From contig CATNEN010000030.1 of the NCBI GenBank assembly GCA_950097015.1, positions 3,720,001 through 3,784,000 on the forward strand: 64,000 bases of DNA. The letters run 5' to 3'. The position numbers were made by a program, and so were the translations under genes. The notes below the pieces were generated by a model. It made no database searches. It saw only the letters and a list, made by a program, of their open reading frames with translations, and was not told the origin of the DNA. Positions 38,219-50,500 of the stretch are shown one piece after another. Every line of letters begins with the position of its first letter. Position 1 is the first letter of the stretch. The DNA comes from Macrostomum hystrix. Its lineage: Eukaryota; Animalia; Platyhelminthes.

Positions 38219-38835
38219 AGATCCTCAGGATGGACAGCCACTCTCCCAGATCCTCAGGATGGACAAACACTCTCCCAGATCCTCAGCATGGACAGCCACT
38301 CTCCCAGATACTCAGGATGGACAGGCACTATCCCAGATCCTCAGGAATGGCAGCCACTCTCCCAGATCCTCAGCATGAACAGGCACTATCCCAGATCCTC
38401 AGGAATGGCAGCCACTCTCCCAGATCCTCAGCATGGACAGGCACTATCCCAGATCCTCAGGAATGGCAGCCACTCTCCCAGATCCTCAGCATGGACAGGC
38501 ACTATCCCAGATCCTCAGGAATGGCAGCCACTCTCCCAGATACTTAGGATGGACAGCTATACCCATCCTAGATCCTCAGGATGTACAGGCAATATCCCAG
38601 ATCCTCAGGATGGACAGGCAATATCCCAGATCCTCAGGATGGACAGGCAATATCCCAGATCCTCAGGATGGACAGGCAATATCCCAGATCCTCAGGATGG
38701 ACAGGCAATATCCCAGATCCTCAGGATGGACAGGCAATATCCCAGATCCTCAGGATGGACAGGCAATATCCCAGATCCTCAGGATGGACAGGCAATATCC
38801 CAGATCCTCAGGATGGACAGCCACTCTCCTAGATT
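38219..38835. repeat. 29-30 bp minisatellite (~21 units) with a dimeric 5' part
   Basis: CCCAGATCCTCAGGATGGACAGGCAATAT tandem units. Confidence 0.95.
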
Positions 38836-38893
38836 AGGATACGCAGCGAGTTGCTTCTGAAAAGGCAGTGAAATCGCTCTAACCCTCCCGCAG

Positions 38894-41800
38894 CCCCATC
38901 TCACAGCCCAGAGTTTGTGAGCATGGACGTATGCTATATGTGCGGTTCACCAACCGCGAGCTGCGAGGTTCAGGTGACGCCGAATCCCAGCGCGCCGCAC
39001 GAGCCATACTTCCCATTCCTGCTGTACTATGAGCGCCCGAGTGGTGCCAAGCCGCCAAGCGCAACCGGCGGTGTGCGCACCTGCGTCCAGTGCCGGCATC
39101 AGCTGGTAGCCAGCTGGCGTCAGTCGAACTCCACTGACGAGGCCAGCGCCCAGGTGCAGCAGCTGCTGTTGCAGCAGCAATTCTACATGAGCATGCTAAG
39201 ATCAGCCGGCATGACAGGCGGAAGCGGCGGCGCTGGCGCTGACTTTCAAGCCCAGTCCTCCGCCTACAGTCCTGAGGTTCTGATGCGCCTGGCTCAGCAG
39301 CAGCACCATCAGCAGCAGCAGCAGCAGCAACAGCAGCAACATCACCATCACCAGCAGCATCATCAACAGCAGCAGAAGCAGCAGCAGGCGACGGCGAGGT
39401 CAGCAGCAAACAGTAGCGCCGGATCTTCGTCTCGCGCCAGTCCGTCAGTGGCCGGTGGCGGCGGAGTTCAGCAGATTCGCTGCTACCTGTGCCGCAGGAG
39501 CATGGCCAAGCTAGACGCCAAGATTGTTTACGCCAGGCCGGTGTCCGACAATTGCGAGCACTTTCCGTTTCTCAGCCAGTTGACGCCGCCGCCTGAGGCG
39601 CTTCCGCTAACGCAGGGCGCCACTAAGCTGTGCCTGCAGTGCCACTCGGCTCTGGTTGAGCAGTATCGCCAATATGAGACCTCTAAGAAGCCGCAGGATT
39701 CGCGAGTCTATCGCGTTGTATGCGACGGCGGCCAAACTAAATTCTTTTGCAATAGCGGCACGCCGAATCTCAGCTGTCCGCTGTGCGGCGATCCGTTTAA
39801 AGATACGCCAATCTGGTTACCATGGAAGCCGACTGGCGGCGCTACCGGCGGGAGTAATTCAAATTCGACACCATTTTATCCACTGCTGAGCAAAGTGTCA
39901 TGCGAAAATGCTCACCTGTTGATTGATAGGCAGCACGGCTGCATCATGGCTTGCCGAGCCTGCTGCGACTACCTGCACCAGCAGTGGAACCAGCAGGAGC
40001 GCCTGCCGCCGCAGTCTCGCCAATACCAGCTTCGGCGCACGCCGCCACCCGCTCTGCAGTCCTCGCCAGCAGCCGCTGCCAACTCCGGGCCAGTCCGTCC
40101 AATGATAGCGCAGTGCCACGTGTGCCTCTGCGCCCTGCACAATCCGGAGACCCTCAAACTGTTGCGTCACAAGCCCAAGTCAGGAAGACCCGGCTCGCCT
40201 TATTTTCCATTTCTAGCCAATCTGCGTCCAAATAGTCAGTCAAGCGCTAACGGCACTTTCCCAGTTTGCGATCTCTGTTACACTAACCTCCGCTGGCAGT
40301 GGATTCATCGAACAGGTAGCGGCGGCGGTGGCGCCTCCGCCGCAGTCGACGCAGCGTCAGCCGTTTATCACATTGAGTACATTTGCAGCGGCTGCCTACA
40401 GTTGAAGGCATCCAATGAGGAGGTGCGACTTCAAGGCGACTGTCTGCTCTGCCTGGATTGCTCAGGCGTTGCTGCCGGCGGCAGCGGAGGCAGCAGCAGC
40501 GGAGGAGGAGGTCGCAGTGGAGGCGGTGCTATCGGCAGCGCCAGTGGCGGAAGTGGCGGGCGCGAGCGCGTGACAGTCACGGTGCCGCCAATCACGCGCT
40601 CCTCCGAGACACGCCCGGCGATGGCCTCCGCACCCATCACCTCGGCTGGTCCGCCGCACTCGCAGCATCATCATCCCGCAGGCGCCAGTGGCGGCGGCTA
40701 CTCCGACGCGCTTCGCAGCATCGCCGCTAAGAATGCCGCCGCAGCAGCTGCAGCCGGACCTTCGTCAGCTATGGACGATCCGAGCATGGCGCTAGGCACT
40801 CTGCCTCCGCCTGGCTGGCTGAACCCGGACCAGCTCTCAGCCTACTACAGCCAGATGCTGGGCTATCAGCAGCTCAGCTATCAGTATCAGATGCTTCAAG
40901 CGCTGGCTGCAGCCTATCCGCCATACGCCTCTGATCCAGCTTCTCTGGCTATGCTGTATGGCTATCATCCGCAGCAGCAGCAACACAGAGGCGGGCCGCC
41001 CCTACCGCCTGGCCCGTCATCGGCCGCTTCCGGCCTCTATCCGTCCTTTTAACGCAGGCGGTAGTGCTGGCAGCGCTTCTTCCAGCAGTTCAGCGCAGGC
41101 CGCCGCTGCAGCTGCAGCGGCAATGATGATGATGGATCCTTCAGCTATGATGCCTGGCGGCTTTTACGCCAATTCCGCTATGGGCTCGGCTGCGGGCAGT
41201 TTGATGGGACATCAGCATCACCAGCAACAGCAGCAACAGTCACAGCAGCCGGCTAGACCAGGTCTGTTTAAACTGTCCATTTATCTATAAAATAATTTTA
41301 GATAATAAGTGCTTTTGCTTCCTAATAACCCCCGATCAGCTGACCCACAGCCATCGACCCCCAATCAGCAGACTCGCATTTTATTGACCCCCCCCCAATC
41401 AGCTGACTCACAGTCTATTGACCCCTCCAATCAGCTGACTCACAGTCTATTGACCCCCAATCAGCTGACTCACAGTCTATTGACCCCCCCCAATCAGCTG
41501 ACTCACTGTCTATTGACCCCTCCAATCAGCTGACTCACAGTCTATTGACCCCCCAATCAGCTGACTCACAGTCTATTGACCCCCAATCCCCTGACTTTTG
41601 ACTGACAATCGCTTGATTTAGGTGGGTCCAAGTCTGCCGCTGCTCCTCCATCAACAACTCTGGTGTCAGCGGCCGGCACAGCCAAGCCGCCGACTCCGGC
41701 GAAGCCCCAGACGCCAACCCGTGGCCCGCCTGCCGGGTCATTGCCGTCGATTCCTTCGTCTCCAAAGGCGCCGAAGCTGTCACAGCCGGGTTCGACTGCG

Positions 41801-43267
41801 GGCGCCGCTGCCTCGGGTGCTCAGCACGAGGACGCCCTGGACCTGAGCCGCAAGCCCAGCCTGCCAACACCAGTCATCAAGCCGCCTTTCTCCTCCCCGG
41901 CAGCCGCGGTTGCAACCCGGCCAGCGGCTGCCCCGCCGGCTGTGCACAAAATGTTTCGACCGTTTGAAGATAGCGATGACGATGCTAAGCCGACACCGCC
42001 GCCGGCGCCTCCCCCAGCTCGAACTGCTCAGCAACAGCAGCAGCAGCAGTCGATCAAGCGATCAGCTCTTAGTCCAAAGCCGCCGACCCTGTCTCCGCAG
42101 CAAAGCAGAGTCGATGGAGCCTATCCAGTGCCAAGCGATGCAAATAATCAGCTAGATAACAATGCCGCATTGGCAAGGGCCGATACGGACTCATCTGAGG
42201 AGGGTCGCGAGTCGCCAGTTCACACCCCGGATGTGCTGCGCAAAAATCTCAAAGAGAAGTCTAATTTTTTGCGCAAATTTCATCTAAGACCGCTGAGTCA
42301 CGCGCAGAAGCTGTGTAAGTTGGCTGTGCATTTCTTCTACTAGACTTATTTAAAAAGTTTTACCATATACTACTTCCTGTCAGTGAGTAGTAGCATTTGT
42401 ATTTGTCGCGCCTGTACACTATTATTAAAGAATCAATTTTTCTTTGGGTCATTCCAGTTGGAATCTGCGGTGTTTCCAGAAAAAGAAACAGCCGAACGCT
42501 GGAAACATACCAATCGGATGATTCCATGCTTAGAATCTACCCAACTGGGCGTTTTCTCGGTGCTTCTTGGTGGCGAAATGGAATCACCCAAAGAATCCTC
42601 CAGTTCGGAAGATTCCATGCTCAGAAACCGCCGAGGAATCGCCCGTAAATAATTCTCTGGTTGTCCCATGGGCCACTGGTTCGGGTGATTCTCCGGTGGT
42701 TTCTGCACAATTTACGGTTACATCGGCTGCTTCCTGTGTGGTTTCTTTAACTCTTGCGAGATAGGGGGAATTTTTGTAGATTCCACTCCTATTTTGCACA
42801 AAAAACCCACCGAAGAAGCAGCCGAATTTTTTCACAGGGCAACGGTTTTCATGAGTAGGTATCCGCCCAGGAATCTTACTAAATTGAGCCTGTTCTTCAA
42901 CGGTTTCCATAAGTAGGTATCGGCCTAAGAATCGAACCAAGCGGCTTATTGCAGGCTGGAATTGAATGTTAGCTAATTTCGTACAAACTTGCGCACTCCA
43001 GGCCACAGGCAGACCCGCCAGCTGGTTCGCAAATATCTTCGCCGGATTCGCCAACGCTCCAAGGTCGCATCTCGTCTGGCCACATCGAGAATTCTTCGCC
43101 GACTAGAAGATGAGACGAAACACCTTGACGGCGAAGCGGCTATTGACGACAATGTCGCCGAGCCTGGTGGCAATGGCGAATGCGACGTCGACGTGGACGA
43201 TCAGTCGCCATCGGCGCGCAGTCCCGACAATCTTGGCACGGCTGTCGATGTTGAAATGTCAGTGTGA
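38894..43267 (+). CDS. Plexus/GSE1-like nuclear protein with four C2...P(Y/F)FPFL...C2 zinc-finger-like repeats; exons 38894-41261 (frame break at 41050), 41622-42314, 43002-43267
   Basis: Repeats beginning CYMC, CYLC, CPLC and CHVC, each with a PYFPFL/HFPFL/PFYPLL core and C-x2-C-x3-L-x3-W/Y; Gln/Ala/Gly low-complexity linkers; ALDLS motif; KEKSNFLRKFHL C-terminal motif. Downstream introns are phase 1 and compatible. Family name is from recollection of Drosophila Plexus and invertebrate GSE1-like proteins. Confidence 0.7.
41328..41590. repeat. ~30-33 bp minisatellite in an intron
   Basis: CCCCCAATCAGCTGACTCACAGTCTATTGA tandem units. Confidence 0.9.
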
Positions 43268-43934
43268 CTGGATGGCCCGTTCTGATTAGTATTCGATTGG
43301 AAATATATGACATTTTGCACCCTGGTACTCTGCCTGCGTTTTGTTAATGAGTGTGTACTTTTACTGCACAGTGACAGTAGATTATGCAATGAAGCGCAGG
43401 ATTCTTTAAGGCGTTGAAACGCCCAGGTGTCTGTTTTCAAATTTATATTCTTACAAACTTTATCGTTTCATGCTTTCATGGTTTGAATTGAGGATTTGAG
43501 ATCAGCAAGAATTTGAATAAGAAATTCTCCCCTATTTGTCTGTTATTTAGTTTTCCTGTTTAATGCCATCAGAATTAATGAAGCACAGAGTTGCTGTTAT
43601 TGCAGTCTATTGTAATTTATTGTTTTTTTTTAACCTTTTTTATAGCATTCGCCTACAAATAGTCTATGGTTACAATGGTTTTTTCTATTTACATATATTT
43701 GTTTTTTGGCCATCCTATTTTCATGAAATCAGTTGATTGAGCAAATACAGTGAGTTAACTTTTCTCTCTTGCAATTTTGGGCCCCATTATTTGTTAGCTG
43801 TCATTTTTATATTTTGCTGTCACCCACACTCTTTATTAGGTAATTTTACGCTTTTAAATGCTTGCTGTACATGCCAATTTTATGCTATCCGTTCTGTCCA
43901 TATTTTTATCCCAGTGGTAGTGTGGTCAGTCTTC

Positions 43935-45213
43935 TGGGTTTAAAGACAGACCAAATCAGGATCAGCTGGGTTTAAGGACAGACTAAATCAAGACCAGCTG
44001 GGTTTAAGGACAGACTAAATCAGGACCAGTTGGGTTTAAGGACAGACTAAATCAAGACCAGCTGGGTTTAAGGACAGACTAAATCAGGACCAGCTGGGTT
44101 TAAGGACAGACTAAATCAAGACCAGCTGGGTTTAAGGACAGACTAAATCAGGACCAGCTGGGTTTAAGGACAGACTAAATCAAGACCAGCTGGGTTTAAG
44201 GACAGACTAAATCAGGACCAGTTGGGTTTAAGGACAGACTAAATCAAGACCAGTTGGGTTTAAGGACAGACTAAATCAGGACCAGTTGGGTTTAAGGACA
44301 GACTAAATCAAGACCAGTTGGGTTTAAGGACAGACTAAATCAGGACCAGCTGGGTTTAAGGACAGACTAAATCAAGACCAGCTGGGTTTAAGGACAGACT
44401 AAATCAAGACCAGCTGGGTTTAAGGACAGACTAAATCAGGACCAGCTGGGTTTAAGGACAGACTAAATCAAGACCAGCTGGGTTTAAGGACAGACTAAAT
44501 CAGGACCAGCTGGGTTTAAGGACAGACTAAATCAAGACCAGCTGGGTTTAAGGACAGACTAAATCAGGACCAGTTGGGTTTAAGGACAGACTAAATCAGG
44601 ACCAGTTGGGTTTAAGGACAGACTAAATCAGGACCAGCTGGGTTTAAGGACAGACTAAATCAGGACCAGCTGGGTTTAAGGACAGACTAAATCAAGACCA
44701 GCTGGGTTTAAGGACAGACTAAATCAGGACCAGCTGGGTTTAAGGACAGACTAAATCAAGACCAGCTGGGTTTAAGGACAGACTAAATCAGGACCAGCTG
44801 GGTTTAAGGACAGACTAAATCAGGACCAGCTGGGTTTAAGGACAGACTAAATCAGGACCAGCTGGGTTTAAGGACACTGAATCAGGACCAGTTGGGTTTA
44901 AGGACAGACTAAATCAGGACCAGCTGGGTTTAAGGACAGACTAAATCAAGACCAGCTGGGTTTAAGGACAGACTAAATCAGGACCAGCTGGGTTTAAGGA
45001 CAGACTAAATCAAGACCAGCTGGGTTTAAGGACAGACTAAATCAGGACCAGTTGGGTTTAAGGACAGACTAAATCAGGACCAGTTGGGTTTAAGGACAGA
45101 CTAAATCAAGACCAGCTGGGTTTAAGGACAGACTAAATCAGGACCAGTTGGGTTTAAGGACAGACTAAATCAGGACCAGCTGGGTTTAAGGACAGACTAA
45201 ATCAGGACCAGCT
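43935..45213. repeat. 32-bp minisatellite (~40 units) with alternating variants
   Basis: GGTTTAAGGACAGACTAAATCA(G/A)GACCAG(C/T)TG tandem units. Confidence 0.97.
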
Positions 45214-46084
45214 CATTGCAAACTAAGCGTTTTTAATAGATAAGGATGTTCAGAAATCTCATGTCGGGGTATTGTGTAAGGTCTCCACAAATCCTTTTTT
45301 GTAATTAGAATACAAGTTGCAAGTCATGATAACTGCCCACTATTATAATCCACCGCCCAGTGAGGCCATGTATCGAATTGTTGGTTTAGTAACTGATTAA
45401 AATAAACTCCCATGCCTAACTGACTGCTACACTCTTCCTAACAATTTCAATGCCATTGTCCCGATTTGTGTTCTAATGCGTTTCTTGGAAAATCTTCTCT
45501 AAACGTCTCCGCATCCTCGCCTGCTATTGGTGGCTATATTAACAGAGACAGCTGGTTACAAATGCAATCTCCCAGTTCTTAGTTTGCTGCGCGCACTTGT
45601 GTTTTGAATGTTTTCTTGTTTTTTGTTGTTTCGGCCCCATTGTGTTACCGACGCCAGTTGTTCTAGCGAATTTTTATTTATTGTATTTATATATTATTTA
45701 TGCATAAGTTGCTTTATCAATTTTTTTTTCAATTGCAAATCCTTATCCACAGCCGAATTTTGAATGCTCTTTTATTGTGCGTAAAAGCTATACAAAACTA
45801 TTTAACTACTGTATCAACATAAAAAATCGTTTCATTTGCAATGCAATTTCGCTATGACCGTATTAATATCTACACAAACATGTGTGCGGACAGGCCTATT
45901 ACAATTATAAATACAACTGTTCTGTTTTTTTTTACTTTTTGTTCATGCTATTTGCGTAGTTGTTACTGTAATGGGGCAACAACAAGCTTGGCACGTTCTT
46001 CATGTATTTGTTTATTTGTTTACCAGAAGGCCTTCAATGGTACCTGTGATCACCTTTTTATAAACCTTCGTGACAAAATTTGTC

Positions 46085-46452
46085 CCCTTCATAATTACCA
46101 TCATAAACACCTCCGTTTTAGCAGACATTCTTGATCATCCGTCTTTTAGAAGGCCTTCATGATCACCTGTCATTTGGAAGGCCTTCGTGATCACCTGTCA
46201 TTTGGAAGGCCTTCATGATCACCTGTCATTTAGAAGGCCTTCATGATCACCTGTCATTTGAAAGGCCTTCATGATCACCTGTCATTTAGAAGGCCTTCAT
46301 GATCACCTGTCATTTAGAAGGCCTTCATGATCACCTGTCTTTTGGAAGGCCTTCATGATCACCTGTCATTTAGAAGGCCTTCATGATCACCTGTCTTTTG
46401 GGAGGCCTTCATGATCACCTGTCTTTTGGGAGGCCTTCATGATCACCTGTCC
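46085..46452. repeat. 28-bp minisatellite (~12 units) upstream of HNF4
   Basis: GAAGGCCTTCATGATCACCTGTCATTT(A/G) tandem units. Confidence 0.93.
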
Positions 46453-47541
46453 TTTAAAAGACGAGCATGGTCAAGTTTTGTTAGATAGGTATTTCACGAA
46501 AGACATTCAGTCACCAGGCATTTTGTTAGATAAAAAACGCACTGAAAACGTGGCCTAAGATATCAGGTGGTGCTGCCGAACCTTTTGCCTACCCCACCTC
46601 TCATACTAGTAAAGTGCAGCTGGGGAGTAAGTCGTCAAGCCGACAAGAAATTTACAAAGCGAAATGCGCGGTAGTTTCATGACGTCACAATTAACTTAAG
46701 CCACTTGTATTTGCTTGCAACGCTTCACAGAGTCGCAGAGACACTTCAGCTAAGTTGGACTGGATAGCGAAGGCAAATCAACTCTCCACTCTCCAGGCCT
46801 GCCCTGGTCAGCGGAGGCACGCCGTGTACATTTTAACTGTGTTGAAAACATGCAATGTGCATGCATCTGCACTAAATCTATCGGAGGCATGGCGGCTTGT
46901 TGAACAGGGGTTGGTAAATGGGCTTCACCCGCCAGCATGCACGCAGCCGACAGACAGAATTTTTCGTCCCTTCACAGCCGCAGATCTGCGCTAGGTTGCG
47001 TTGCAATCTTAGAATGTTGCAACCGGCACTGCCTGTTCAGGACTGCAGTTTAAGCCCCGTTTAGGGGGTGAGGACCGCGATAACGCCACTGCTCTGACAC
47101 TCTGATAGGGGTGTGTTGCCGCCCTGTCCCCACTGCTTTTGCTGTGCGTCTTCTTCTATGCCGCGATTTCCTTGCACAATGCTCCAGCGCTGGCCAGGAG
47201 CGGTGCCAACGCATTTTTATAAGGCGTTATCTACAACGCTCGAGGTTTGAAAGGCAAACTTTTAGCAGCTTAACTATTTAGGCTTTTGCGTTTGATTAAA
47301 AAGGCTGGCAAACGCTCTGTGCCCCACAGCCCCCAGTTCTCTCTTCTTCGCAAAGCCACCCCCGGCTTCCTTCCAGACTTATAGCGGGACCAGTTTGGAC
47401 TTGGTACCCTGTCTCTCTCTGGCAGTATTCCGATCTCCGCTCCCCACGCTCGGCTCGTGGACCACCCCACAAGGGCAATTATTACACTTCTCGGTCTAAA
47501 GTCAGGCTGACCGTTGGAGTTTGATCCAAGGCTCCGCACTG

Positions 47542-50500
47542 ATGGACACGTTTCAATATGATACGGGCCACAGGCAGCAGGCAGGTAAGCTGATCTCTTC
47601 TCTGTCTTTCTCTCCTGTTGCCGTATTTAAATATCCACTCTGGGGGTGTGTGTCTGTGTGGGTGTTTACATGGAATAATTAGGGATTTAAGGTCTAAGCT
47701 GATTGTGCATGGAGATGGACTGATTCGCACCGCAGTATCATTCATCGTGAGCCACCTGGACCACATTGGCAACGTGCAGCAGCACCAGCTGCCCACTGGC
47801 TACACCGCCAACGTTGGAATGCCGCCAGTGTCCATGGAGCAACAGCCGCAGCAGCACCAGCCGATGGACAGTCAGCCATTATCGGACAGCATTCCGCAGC
47901 ACTGTGGCATATGCGGGGACCGGGCCACTGGCAAGCACTACGGCGCCTACTCCTGCGATGGCTGCAAGGGCTTCTTTCGCCGCTCCGTGCGCAAGAGCCA
48001 CCAGTACATGTGCCGCTTCAGCCGCAGCTGCACAGTGGATCGTGACAAGCGGAACCAGTGCCGCTACTGCCGATTGGACAAGTGCTTCCGAGCCGGCATG
48101 CGCAAGGAAGGTGAGACTGGCCGCCTAACACTGACCTTTCCTGTCCCCTGTAAAAGCCGCTAGTACCCGTGGTAGATGAGGATAATTAGTGATTATCAAC
48201 TGCAATAAGTACTCGATTGTTTTATACTGAAGCTCTAGTGGTTTTCATTAGAAAAAAAATGGCCTGATTTTCCTAACACATTGGTGCGTCTCAAAGCATG
48301 CAGTTCTGTTATCTGTGTTAGCTAGAGAGCTGGGCCGCTCAGTCGCAGGCATTGTGCGAAGGCCCTGGAGATAGTGCAGAAATGCTAGTGAGTGCATAGC
48401 TACTACGCTTGTGTTGGATGCCGCGACAGAACTATTTATTATATTATACTCGTAGCAAGCAAGAGCCTTTGAACCTACTACCTACCAATGCTATGTTTAG
48501 ACAGAGTTTGAAAAATATTCATATTTGATTACAACTGTTGCGCTAGTCGACAGCACAGCCGCAGCTATTGCACGCCGTGTCTGATGGCTGCCTACGGCAC
48601 TTCAGTCAATTGACTGGGGAGCCAGCTGATGCTAGTACTCATTTACAGCTGGGTGAGCTGAAGCAATGCACAGAGTTAAGTGTCTTGTTAAGGGACATAA
48701 ATTGTCCCAATTGAGTCGGGAATCGAACCCCTGACCTTCAAGTCGTGAAGTCCGACGCTCTAACCACAAGGCTACAACCACCCCAGTCAGCTTATTTAGC
48801 AGACAGAATAAATAAAGAGAATGGAAATAACGCGTAGTCGACAGTTGGGCCAGACGTACAGCCAGTAGCACAGCTATTGCGTCCTGGTTGCGAAGGCTGT
48901 GTACAGCTGTTCAGTCCGTGGACTTGGGGGGGCCGTCACACCCATTAAATTTTTATCCAATCTAATACTTGTAAGCATTTCTCACGGACACATTGTTTCC
49001 CTTGGGCTAAGATTCGAACTCTGAATCTTTCGTTAAGAAGTCAGAAGCTCGAACCACTGGGCTAAAAGCTACAGCCAATCTGCAAGCATAGTTCTTACAA
49101 ATTTATTTGGTTTAGTTTAGATGAGCAAACAGGTATGAAAAAGCCGAACATTTCATTTCTACCCAATCCGCAGCGGTGCAGAACGAGCGCGACAAGATCA
49201 GCTTCCGGAAGCCGTCAGGCTACGACGATGGCATCGGCTCCGTGGCAGCGGCAGTTCCAGCCGGGGCTTCCTCCTCCATCGGCGGGCCGGCCTTGAAAGT
49301 TGAGCCATCAAATGTGGTGGCTAATTCGAATTCTGATGCGGCGTCAACAGCGACGAGGGCGCAGGCGGCTGCGGCGACACCGGCAGCTGCGGCGGCTCTC
49401 GCGTCGACGGCCCAGCAGCAGCCGGACTTCAGCCTAAATCGAATTGTGTCGGCCGAGGATCGCCACCAGCAGAGGCAGCTGCAGAGGCAGCAGACGGCCG
49501 CGGCCGCTCAGACCAGCCAGCAGCAGCAGCAGCAGCAGCAGCCTGTGGTTCGCAGCGAAGCCTCCGTTGGAACAATCTGCGACTCCATGCAGCATCAGCT
49601 GCTGCTGCTAGTCGAATGGGCCAAATCCTTCCCGGCCTTCATTGAGCTGAAGGTCGAAGAGCAGGTGGCACTGCTCAGGGCTCACGCAGGTGAAATCCTC
49701 ATCTTAGGCGTCACCTATCGCTCCAGAGGCGAGTCGTCAATGCTAATCCTTGGCAACTCGTTTCGGGTCACCAGCAACAATCCGGATTTCTACATGGCCC
49801 AGGTGGCTGGCCGGGTCATCAACGAGTTGGTGTCGCAATTTCGTGAGCTTGAAATCGACTTCACCGAGTACGCCTGCCTCAAGGCTGTGGTGTTCTTCGA
49901 TCCGGGTGAGTCTCTCAACAGGTGAAAGACCTCGGGGGGCATTCCAAATATTTTTCTTTTTTTCAGTTTCCGCTGTTTTTAACTTTTTTGCTCTATCCGA
50001 TAAAACAACTAGTAGAATTACACAACATCGACATCGTCGTGATATTCAACGATTCTCATTGGGGTGTCTAGTGGCGAAAGCCACGAATATAGGCATAGAT
50101 TGATTGATTGATTGATGGATTGATTGATTGATTGGCTAACGAGGTGGCAACTCCGACGCATTGCAGACGCAGTGCACTTGCCGCCGGCCATCTCCAGCCG
50201 GGTACGGCAGTGGCGCCACGCGGTGCTGCAGAAAATGCAGGACTACATGAGCAGCCAGCAGTATAGAAGCCGCAGTCGATTCGGAGAGCTGCTGCTGCTG
50301 CTGCCTAAGCTGCAGTCGATTAACCACGAAATGATTCGCAAGGTCTACCGGACGAAGGTGGAAGGCCTGGCCCAGATCGACACCCTGCTGCAGGAGCTGC
50401 TTCTAGGAGGTGATTAACCATTGCTGCAAACTCGACTGGAGTTCGAATCTCAGCCCAACGGAAACAATTCATGCCCTTGAGATGCGGTTGTGCCACTGGC

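Noticed and set aside
41043-41057. Micro-intron explanation for the frame break
   Set aside because: GT..AG spans only 15 nt, which is too short to splice and, being a multiple of 3, would not change the frame.
42380-42960. Short ORFs and imperfect direct repeats in the last Plexus-like intron
   Set aside because: No recognisable domain, TIR or TSD; probably a decayed repeat.
20964-45213. Arrays of 28-38 bp units resembling CRISPR repeats in length (20964, 26482, 36801, 38219, 43935)
   Set aside because: Units are directly contiguous with no unique spacers, there are no cas genes, and the context is eukaryotic.
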